Below are positions 31,901 to 43,800 of a DNA stretch of 64,000 bases, piece after piece. The position numbers and the translations under genes were made by a program. The stretch is from Thecamonas trahens ATCC 50062 (lineage: Eukaryota; Protista; Apusomonadida), in the NCBI RefSeq assembly GCF_000142905.1, contig NW_013657624.1, positions 174,996-238,995 of the forward strand. The letters are read 5' to 3'. Positions within the stretch are counted from its first letter, which is position 1. Every line of letters begins with the position of its first letter. The notes beneath the pieces were generated by a model. It was not told where the DNA came from and ran no database searches. It was given only the letters and a program-made list of their open reading frames with translations.

Positions 31901-32098
31901 AGCACAGCTGTGTGGTTGCCGAGCAACGATTGCAGAGACAACAAACAATCGTTGTCGATTACAGCATCAACAAACAATCGTTGGCCAGTCCCCACCACCC
32001 GACAGCTTGGCAACAATAAGTTCAACAACAAACAATTGATAGGCGGGCGGACGGGCGGGTGACTACCCACTTGACTCTGCCGCAGGACGAAGGAGCAC

Positions 32099-35000
32099 AT
32101 GGGAGTAGGCAACCATGTCGTGCTCGGCTTGCTCCTGGTAGCTGTTGTGGCATGGAGTGCGTCAGGACAAGACTGCGTGCCCAAGGTCACATGCATCCAT
32201 GGAACATACAACTGCATCACCACAAGCTGTGACTGTGACCCTGGTTGGCGTGGCGTCAACTGTTCACGTACGCTCAACCCCCTCCAGCCCCCTCCCTTCC
32301 CCCCTCCCTCCCCCTTCCTCCCTCCTTTCCCGCCCGAACGATGATTCCGTACAAGAGTTAATCGATGACGTGTCATTGCCTTCCATATGATGAGCATTAA
32401 TCATGGCGTTCGTTCGTTTGTTTGTTTGTTTGTTCGTTCGTTCGGTTGTTTGTTCGTTCGTTCGGGGAATGTCACGCTTGTGCGACGTGACGTCGTCCGG
32501 CTTCCCAACCCCTTCTTCCCCCCCTACTATGCGCATGAACTCACTGTGGAAGAACATTATGGAATACGGATGAACTTGGGTGATATGTGTCACATATAGT
32601 GTGTATTCCGCCCACCCACAACAGCTCTGACACCAGCAGCAAGGCGCTGTTCCACGAGGTCATGGCTGTGTCGGGTCAGGCGGGGCGGTCGATGATGGCG
32701 AGTCGGGCGACGACGACGGGCGAGGCGACGACGAGCGGAGGCGGAAGTGGCTACAATCCAAGTATGGATGCGTGCTCGATGAATGGGCATGAGGCCAAGT
32801 GCTCGACGTCGCTCATGCCGTCGTTCAACACCTCGCATCAGCTGCAGTGCGATGTGCCGGATGCCTCGGTCTCCAAGCTCCTTGATCTGCAGGATGGGAT
32901 CATTGCGCTCGACTGCGTGACCAACGGGACAACGTGTGGGGTGTATGTGTGGCACCACCAGAACGGGCCGCCGGAGATCTTCAACTGTGTACTCGAAGAG
33001 TGCGGCTACGAGTACAAGGAGAACCACGTGACGCTCAAGTGCGCGACGACGAGGTGCGTGCATGGGCCCAACTGGACGCCGTCTGAAATTCTGGAGAACA
33101 TTCTGACGTCGCTCAAGGGATGGATGTCGTTTGACTGTGACTTGCGGAACAATCACTGTGTGATGGCGCAGGAGGAGCTGCAGGAGCTCATTATTCCGCT
33201 GTCGTGCTACTCGGGCGATTGCGTGCCGTACGACTTTCATCCGCCACCGCAGTACTACCCGCCGTTCTGGACTCGCGAGAACAAGATCATTGTCGGGTCG
33301 ATTGCGGCGGCGATGGGGCTGGCAGCGCTCGGGGCTCTTGCGTACTACTTCCACAGGCGGCGGCAGGCGGCGTATGCCAGGCTGCTGGAGGAGACAGCGG
33401 TGCTGGACATTGACGCGCTTGCGGCGGACGAGCTCGACAAGTACATGTTTGATCTCGGCTTTGCGGACCTCAGCGTGGTGGTGAAAGACAAGACGATTCT
33501 GCGGTCTGCGAGCGGATACTGCGCGCCTGGAACAGTGACTGCGATCATGGGCCCGTCCGGCGCCGGCAAGTCGACGCTGCTCAACGTGCTCGCGGGGCGG
33601 ATCTCGTTCTCGGACATGTCTGGGCAGGTGCTGGTCAACGGTCAGCCGCGGTCTACGGCGTTCAAGCGCATTGCCGGGTACGTGACGCAGGACGACTTTC
33701 TCATTCCGACGCTCACGGTCCGCGAGACGCTCAACTTTCACGCGCAGCTGCGGCTAGGCAACTCGGTGTCTGCGGCGACGCGGGTGGCGCGGGTGGAAAA
33801 GGTCATTGCGCAGCTGGAGCTCACGCACGTGGCCGACTCGCGGATCGGCGACCGGCTCATCCGCGGCATTTCCGGCGGCGAGCGGCGGCGGGTGTCGATT
33901 GCCACCGAGCTGGTTACCTCACCGCGCATTCTGTTTCTCGACGAGCCGACGTCTGGACTCGACTCGTGCACAGCGTCGGCGATCATGGCGACGCTGCGCG
34001 AGCTGGCGACAAGCTCTGCGCTCACGGTCATTCTCTCGATTCACCAGCCGCGGTCGTCGATCTACGCCTCGTTTGACAACCTCATTCTGCTCTCCAAGGG
34101 CTCGACACTGTACAACGGGCGGGCAGCTGGGGCGACGGGCCACTTTGCGCAGCTCGGGCATCCGTGCCCGCAAGACTTTAACCCTGCCGACTTTCTCATC
34201 GACTTGGTGACGGCGTCGCCGGCGACGACGCTCGACACGCTGGCGTACCACTACACGACGTCGCCGGCGGCGACGACGCTCAACAATGTGCTCGACGACC
34301 TTGTCCAGCGCGGCATCTCGCCGCCGGTCCCACGGCGGATTGCGTCGCTCTCGCCTGCCGTAGGCGACGCGGCGGGCCTGCTTGCGCTCCTGCCTGGAGT
34401 GCAGGGCGCGCGGAGCGAGAACCGCGAGCGCACCGTTTCGGGGCGGCTCATCGACACCTTTACGATCGGAACCGAGGAGACCGAGGAGGGGAGCGAGCGG
34501 AGCGGGCGGTCACGGCTGAATTCGGGCGCGCCCGCGGTGCCGCGGCTGACGACATCAGCAACGTCGCTTCAGGCCGAGGCCGGGTCTGCCGACGGGCGCG
34601 GGAGCGGGCCGGCGTCTGCGCGTTCGGATGCGTCTGCGCGGTACGAGGAGGTGCTCGACGCGGCGGGCACGGGAGGCGACGGGAGCGGAAGAGGCGAGAT
34701 GGTGCGTGTCTTTTACGACAACCAGGCACAGCTCTCGCCGTACGCCACGTCTGCACTTGCGCAGACATGGATTCTCTGCCAGCGAACCGCGCTCAACGTG
34801 GTGCGCAACCCGGCGCTCGGGCTCGCGCACTACGTGGTCACCATTGTGGTCGGACTCATCATCGGCGGCATCTACTTCCAGGTTGGTGACGACTGGCCCG
34901 GGCTGCAGAATCGGGCCGGCTCTGTCTTTTTCATCATCTCGCTGCTATCGTTTGGCTCGCTCTCGGCACTCGAGCTCTTCATCGCTGAGCGTGCGCTCTT

Positions 35001-35586
35001 CCTCCACGAGCGGTCGAACGGGTGCTACCGGTCGTCGTCATACTTTGTGAGCAAGCTGGTGTGCGACCTCATTCCACTGCGGATTGTGCCGCCGGTCATC
35101 CTCGCCGTCATCGCCTACTATCTCATCGGCCTCCGGGCCGGGGCTGAGCACTTTGTCTGGTTCGCCTTTGTCCTCGTCCTCGTCGACATCAACGCCACCG
35201 GCATGTGCATGGCCATCGGGGCGATTGTGCCGTCTGTGGCGGTCGGCAACCTCATCACGGTCCTGGTCATGCTCTTCTACATGCTTTTTGGTGGTTTCCT
35301 CCTCAACAAGTCCACGGTCGGCCCGCTCTTTATCTGGCTCAAGTACCTCTCGTTCTTCAACTACGGCTACGAGGCCGCGCTTGTCGACCAGCTCAAGGGC
35401 ACCGTCATCAACTTTGAGACCTCGCCGGGCGTCTCGGTCCTTCTCACGGGCGAGGCCGTTCTCGCCCGGCTCTCGCTCAACCCGGCCAACTTTGATCGCG
35501 ACATCCTCATCCTCATCGGCATGGGTGCCGGTCACCTGCTGCTGGCGTATCTGATGCTTCGGGTCAGGGCGTGGCTGCGGCGGTGA
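32099..35586 (+). CDS. ABCG half-transporter with N-terminal EGF-like/Cys-rich extracellular region (yeast ADP1 type); join(32099..32267,32600..35586)
   Basis: Signal peptide plus EGF (CDCDPGWRGVNC), TM, Walker A GPSGAGKST, ISGGERRRVSIA, LFLDEPTSGLD, SIHQP, NPADF, ABC2 membrane domain. Phase-1 intron GTACGC...ATAG. Confidence 0.93.
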
Positions 35587-35672
35587 GCATGGTAAAGAAC
35601 GGTGTGTATGTGTGTGATATGCGTGTGTGTGTGTGTGTGTGTCTGGTTTTACTGCGGAGAGCACAGCATCGT

Positions 35673-36902
<1,230 letters not shown>

Positions 36903-37059
36903 CTGTGGGCGGGTTCAAGTCGAGTGTAGCCTTCTGAGCTGACGTCTGCTGGCTTGGGTCGCTGGGCGGGTTTTGAGCGGGTGGCGGGGGCGGGGGTGGG
37001 GGCGGGGGTGGGGGATGGGGGATGGGTGTGTCAGAGTGAGGGGAGGAGAGCGGGTGTAC

Positions 37060-38178
37060 TTAGTCCTTGACGGCCTGGACGTTGACAATGCGCGACTGCT
37101 CCTTGGCGACTGCTCCTTGGCATCGTCCTCCTTGCCGATCTTGATGGTAAGGACGGTGACCATGCAGGCATCCTCACCGGCATCGCTGGCCGAGATCAGC
37201 GTCGAGCGAGTCCGAATCCGGGAGCGGGACGTCCTCACGCATCTCACCGTCGTTATCCATGATATCCATGAGGGCAAGGAAGTCGTCGTCGGTGATGTCG
37301 CACACGGTGTAGGTCTCGTTGGCCATGGTGAAGTACTTGAAGACCGAGTGGTGGGTGAAAATCTCCGTGAACTTGCGGTCGGTGAGGACGCACTTGCCGG
37401 TCACGAACTTCTTGGCGTGGCCGTGCTTGCCCGGACGGGAGAGCTTGACGTCAGTGATCTTGCAGACGTTCTCGCCTGTTGGTTGTCGGGTGGTTGGTTG
37501 CGTTGGTGGCATGGGCATGGCGGTGAGTGGCGGGCGGTGGACGGAGGCGAGCCATCCCACACACAGGGTTGCGGGAGAGGCGCAAGCGAGGGGGAGGCCA
37601 AGGGGGAGATAGAGGGGATATGAAGAGCGAGAAACCGGGAGGGTATAAAGCAAGTAGGCATGTAAACACTTGGCAAGTTGGCAAAGGAGTACGCATGGGT
37701 GTGCGTTGTAGAGGGCGAGAGGGGGGAGAGCAAGCGCCTCGCCAAAAAATACCAAATATCGACCGTAGGCCGCTTCTCGGCGCCAAGGGAGCGACGAAAG
37801 GAGGTACAGGTGGGGGGGACGTGGGGAGAAGCGGGAGACAAGTCAGGGGTATGACTGTGTGGATGATACCCGTGGGCATGTGGTAGGCAAGTTGGGAGCT
37901 CTGGAGAGTACGGCAGTAGCGATGGGGAGGGAAGGAAGGCGGGCGGTGGGCGGGCGGTGTGGGGAGCTTCGATGGTGCACACACACACCACAATCCAATA
38001 TTGTCATTGCTGGTTGGAGGTATGGGCATTGGCGGGAGAAGGAAGGAGTGGAGAAGCAAGATAGTTGGGCGGGAGGGGAGGGGATGAGATGAAGAAGGAG
38101 CATGGGTATACGTACCCTTGATAACGCAGTACGCGTTGTTCTTCAGGTCGGGAAGTGCATCTCAATACCGGCAGCCAT
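37060..38178 (-). CDS. EIF5A: Divergent eIF5A, join(38178..38116,37475..37060), with three frame disruptions (possible pseudogene or assembly errors)
   Basis: DLKNNAYCVIKG|ENVCKITDVKLSRPGKHGHAKK...FLALMD..DGEMREDVPLP...LISASDAGEDACMVTVL...IVNVQAVKD*. Intron GTACGT...CACTCAC...CAACAG. Confidence 0.82.
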
Positions 38179-38797
38179 GGTGAACGGGGGTTGTGAAAAG
38201 TCGAGTGGTGGCCTCCCCCCGTTTCGCAGGAAGGAGACCACGCTCAACGATAATATCAACGAGAGAATCATGATGACGGGCCAAAGGGCGGCCGGCCTGC
38301 CGCCCTTGCGCTATTTTTAATCATCATTTCGTGCCTCTGCCTCTTCATCGTTTGAATTAACAAGCAATACGTCACGCAGCATCCTGTTGTAGCAAGGTGC
38401 AGCCATGACCAAGCATGGCTTGTTCCTCCCGCCATTTAGGGTGCCATTCAGAAGCGAGAGCGAGGACCAGGGCTAGAGCGAGGCCAATTCTCTTCACATC
38501 GGCTGCCTTTTTTGAGCTATTACTTTTTCACCTCCCGCATTTCCCCCTCGATGATACCATCACATGGTAGCCAGCCTGGTTTGAGTCGCTCTCACACCTG
38601 ACTTTGTCATTGCAGCTGTACCGTGGGTATACGACGACGACTACGTGTGAGTGTGAGAAACTTGAGACATAAGCGTGTCTGTCATGTGTATGTGGTGGCG
38701 GTGAGTATGGTGATGGGCAGCGGTTTGGCTGAAGACGCAGACGCACCTGTGGACGACGTTGCCAGCATGTTGTTCGGGGGATGGGATGGGAAGGAGG

Positions 38798-40811
38798 ATG
38801 GAGGAGTGCATGCAGGGTAAAGGCGATGGCGAAAAGAAGCTATTTGGTTGACTCATGTGATGGGAGAGCCCAGCTGAAGCCGACAAGGTCGCCGTGTTGC
38901 AGACCAAGCTGAAGAAGACGCTCGAGGTGGCCAAGGCAGCGGTGCAGCGCGGAAAAGATGCGCAGGCCAAGGCGAATGCCGAGGCAGAGCGGGCTGATGC
39001 TGCCGAAGGCAAGGTGGCCGAGATGGAGGCGCGGGCGGTGGCGGCCGAGAGCAAGGTGGCCGAGATGGAGGCGCGGGCGGTGGCGGCCGAGAGCAAGGCG
39101 GTGTCGGGCGTTGAGGCGGTGGAGGCTGAGCTCGAGGCGCTCAAGACAAGGTACAAGAAGGCCGAGGGCGGGCTACGGACGGCAGTGGAAAAGTACAAGG
39201 CCGAGGTGGCCAAGACTGCCGCTCTCAACTCACAGCTTGCCGAGATCCAGGCGCAAATCAGTGTGTTGGCTGGCGAAAAGAGCGAGCTGGAGGCCAAGGT
39301 TCAGGCTGCCGAGGCTCGGGCTGCCGAGGCCGCCGCCGGAGCAGGCGAGGCAAGTGAGCTCCAGGCACAGATCGCCACTCTGGCTGGCGAAAAGAGCGAG
39401 CTGGAGGCCAAGGTCCAGGCTGCCGAGGCTCGGGCTGCCGAGGCCGCCGCCGGAGCAGGCGAGGCAAGTGAGCTCCAGGCACAGATCGCCACTCTGGCTG
39501 GCGAAAAGAGCGAGCTGGAGGCCAAGGTCCAGGCTGCCGAGGCTCGGGCTGCCGAGGCCGCCGCCGGAGCAGGCGAGGCAAAGTGAGCTCCAGGCACAGA
39601 TCGCCACTCTGGCTGGCGAAAAGAGCGAGCTGGAGGCCAAGGTTCAGGCTGCCGAGGCTCGGGCTGCCGAGGCCGCCGCCGGAGCAGGCGAGGCAAGTGA
39701 GCTCCAGGCACAGATCGCCACTCTGGCTGGCGAAAAGAGCGAGCTGGAGGCCAAGGTCCAGGCTGCCGAGGCTCGGGCTGCCGAGGCCGTAGCTGGGGCA
39801 GGCGAGACAAGTGAGCTCCAGGCACAGATCGCCACTCTGGCTGGCGAAAAGAGCGAGCTGGAGGCCAAGGTCCAGGCTGCCGAGGCTCGGGCTGCCGAGG
39901 CCGTAGCTGGGGCAGGCGAGGCAAGTGAGCTCCAGGCACAGATCGCCACTCTGGCTGGCGAAAAGAGCGAGCTGGAGGCCAAGGTCCAGGCTGCCGAGGC
40001 TCGGGCTGCCGAGGCCGCAGCTGGGGCAGGCGAGGCAAGTGAGCTCCAGGCACAGATCGCCACTCTGGCTGGCGAAAAGAGCGAGCTGGAGGCCCAAATC
40101 GATAACGCATCAAGTCCGACTGCGTCCAATGTCGACGTCGACGCCGTGGTCGACGAGAACAAGAGCCTAGCAGCTCGGGTGGCCGAGCTCGAGGCCGAGG
40201 TCCGCGCCTCGCGAGCTGCCAGCGACTCGGACGCACTGATCGAGAAGATGCGCGGCGAGCTCATTGAGGCCGAGGCAAAGATCAGCAAGCTGGAGCGCGA
40301 AGTGGTAACCGCCACGACTGCCGCCGTTTCTGCCGCGCCTGCTGCTCCAGCCCCCGGGCCTCCGCCGCCACCGGCAGGCGGCCCGCCACCACCGCCGCCA
40401 CCACCGCCACCACCGCCGGCCGGAGGGGGGCTGCAGAAGAAGAAAGCCCGCACCATGCCTGCCGGCGGCATGGCTTCGCTGGCGGCCGCAATCCAGGGCG
40501 CGTCTCTGCGCAAGACCGACGGGCCCGGGAGCGGAGGCGGCGACGACGGCAGCGGAGGCGGCAACGGGCCGGTCGGCATGGGCGGCATCCTCGCCGCACT
40601 CAAGGGTGGCGTCAAGCTCCGCAAGGCTGCTGCCCGCCGCAAGGAGCCCGAGAACGCCAAGACCGAAAACGACGAGATCGCCAACATGGCTGCTCGCCTT
40701 GCCCAGCGCCGTGCCAAGAACCCACAAACCTGGCGCCACTCGGTCAAGATGTCGCTCTCGGAAGCCGACGAGCTCTCCAAGGCGCTCGCCGAAGAGGGCC
40801 CTTCGTCGTAG
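38798..40811 (+). CDS. Coiled-coil tandem-repeat protein with polyproline and two WH2-like motifs (5' exon uncertain; extra A at 39580-82)
   Basis: 38-aa repeats ELQAQIATLAGEKSELEAKVQAAEARAAEAAAGAGEAS, a PPPP tract, then LAAAIQGASLRKT and ILAALKGGVKLRKA. Confidence 0.8.
39240..40095 (+). repeat. 114-nt coding tandem repeat, 7 full units plus a partial one
   Basis: TGGCGAAAAGAGC recurs at 39271, 39385, 39499, 39614, 39728, 39842, 39956 and 40070. Confidence 0.95.
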
Positions 40812-40817
40812 GCCGGT

Positions 40818-43800
40818 TTACTCTTTTGTAGGCATGCTCTCCAGAAACGCACCAAGATCAAACTGATCCTGATACTCGCCGTCGTCCCACAGCTCGCCCA
40901 ACGAGTTGAGGATGGCGCCCAGCTTGCCACCCTGGCCCGACGAGCCGGCGGCCGACTCGGCGGCGGCGGCGGCGGCGGCGGATTCTGGCGCGGCCGAGCC
41001 TGCGGCGGCGCCGGATTCCGCGTCGTCGCCAAGCTCAAAGAGATCGATGAGGCGGTCCGTCGACATGGTGAGCATGGACGAGTTCTCGGACGAGACCACG
41101 GTGTTGGCCACGTTGAGCTTGAACTGCTGCAGGCCCATGATTTTGTCTTCGAGCGTGCCCTTGGCAATGAGCCGGTAGACGTTGACGACCCGCTTCTGCC
41201 CGAGCCGGTGGGCCCGATCCATGGCCTGCAGGTCCTTCATCGGGTTCCAGTCGTGGTCCATAAACACCACCGTGTCGGCGCCGGTCAGGTTGAGCCCGAG
41301 CCCGCCGACCGAGGTCGTGAGGAGGAGTACGTCGATGGTCGGGTCCGAGTTGAACTTGTTGACCACGGCCTGTCGCTTCGACGACGCCACCGAGCCATCG
41401 AGCCGCATGTACGTCACGCCCGGAAGCACGCTCTCAAACACGTCGCTCTCGATAAGGTCCAGCAGCGCCTTGGACTGCGCGAAAATGAGGACGCGATGCC
41501 CGCCGCCGCCTGTCCGCGTCTCCGGTGCGCCGGTGATCCCGCACTGCTCCAGCAGTTCGGCAAGGACCTTGAGCTTGGGAGCCTGTGCCAGCGTGTGCAG
41601 CGCCTTGTCTGGCTGCGCGTACCGTCCCATGACCTCGGCATACATGCCGTGCGACGGCGTGAGCGCAAGCGTCGGATGGTTGATCACCTTGCGCAAGTAC
41701 TGGAGCGTTCGGAAGATGTGGACCTTGGACGACGCGCCCTTGCCGCCAAGCCCGACCTCGTCGACCGCTGCGTACAGCTCGCGTTGCAGCGGCGAGAGCG
41801 TGCAGTACACGTCCTGGATGATCTTGGGCGGCAGGTCGTCGAGTACCTCCTCCTTCAGCCGCCGCATGAGGAACGGGAGAACCTGCCGGTGGAGCGCCTC
41901 GAGCGCCAGCGCCCCGGCCTCCTGCTCGGCCTCGGAGCACTTGGCGTCGCGCGACGCCACAATCGGCTTGCCGTACACAGCCTGGAACCGCCCCTCGCTC
42001 CAGAGAAAGCCCGGCATGAGAAAATCAAAGAGCGACCAGAGCTCCAGCACGTTGTTCTGGATCGGCGTGCCAGAAAGAATGAGCCGGTGCGAGGCAGGCA
42101 CTCGCTTCACCGCCTGCGCCACAAGCGACTTGGGGTTCTTGATCACGTGGCCCTCGTCAAGGACGCAGTACCCGAACGGGAGCTGCGAGAGGAGCTCCAC
42201 GTCGTTGCGCATCACCTCGTATGAGCACACAACCACCGGCAGCGCCTGCGACGGCCGCTGCTCCCGTGGCGCCCACGCGAGCGGTGGCGGCGGTGGCGGC
42301 GGCAGCGCACCCACAGCAGGCTCGCCCTTGCCACCCTTGGCGCCCTTGGCGCTCTTGCCTGCCTTCCGCACTGCCTTGATCCACGCTGCGTAGGCATCGA
42401 CACCGGTGACCCAGCCGCGGAGCGCTTCCAGCCGCTTCTTGGGCGGCCCACGGAAAGCGATCGGGCAGAGAATGCCATCGGGCACAAACTTGGTCATCTC
42501 CATGGCCCAGTGCTCGACGAGCGTCGTCGGCGCGACAACCAGGGTCGGCAGGCCGAGTGAGGCCGGCGTGGCGTGTGGCGCGGCTGCAGCCTCCACCGCC
42601 GACGCCGCCACAATGGCAATGGTCTGCAGCGTCTTACCGAGGCCCATGTCGTCGCAGAGGACGCCATGGAGGGCGTACTTGCGGAGAAAGGCGAGCCAGT
42701 TGAGCCCGTCCTGCTGGTACGAGCGGAGTGTGATGCCACCCTTGAGCGTAAACGGGAGCTCGTACGGCTCGAGCTTGGTCGGATCGAGAAGCTGGTCGAG
42801 GAACGACCGCTTGGCGCTCCGCTGGGCAACAAGCTCGGCCGACATGCCCGCGGGCGACGGCGCGCCCGCCTCGAGCGGCATGAGCTTGATGAGCGAGCCA
42901 AAGGTGTTGGCCATGGCGGTGCGGACGGCGGCAACAGGATCCGACATCCGCCCGAGCACCGGCACAATGATAAAGACGAGATACGGGAGCACATCGTCGC
43001 CGAGCGCGTCGACAAGCGCGTCGACGGCTGCTGCCGCGCCCAGCCGCCGCAACGGCGACGTGCCGTCGTCGAGGAGCGGAAGGACAGAGGAGATGACGGT
43101 CTGCATGACGGTCAGCGTAAAGCTGCCAGCAAGCGCGGCAAGTGCGCGTGACGCGCCGTGGCGGACAGCCGCGTTGGCGACGACCAGGCATGCAAAGACA
43201 CCCGGGAGCAGGCTTGCCACCTTGGCCTCGACCTCTGGCGAGACCGCAAGCTTCGGCGCAAGCGTGGCAAGAAGTGCAAGGGCGCGGACGGCGGCCTGCG
43301 GCTCGGTCGCCGGCGACGCGAGGCCAGCGGCTAGGATCTTGGTTTCGAGGTGTGGGAGGAGCGAGAAGAGCGAGGCGCCAAGCGAGTCTGCGAGTGCGTG
43401 GAAAAAGGCGGCGGCACCGATGGCAGCGCGAGCGGCACGGTCGGCGTCGGCACCGATCAGCTTGGGCGGATTAAGCTCCGCAAGGTTGGCCGGGAGCAGA
43501 GCCGGCTCGCGGTCTGTGCCGGCGAGAGCCTCAGGCCAGTCGGCGGCAGCGACGGTCGCCGGGTCGCCAACCAACGCGTTGAGCATCGAGCCGCAGATCT
43601 TATTGGCGGGGCCCTTGGGCAGCCGCGGGAGGACAGCCTCGACTAGGGCAACGAGGTGGGCGGCAGCGTCGGCCTGCAGCAGGGGCACATCGAGCTTCTT
43701 GACGGCGGCGACAAGTGCCTTGACCAGCGGGTTGAGCTTGGGCGGAAAGTGGGCAAGTGCGACAGCAGCGCCGGCAGCGGTCGCCTGTACGCACAGGTGG

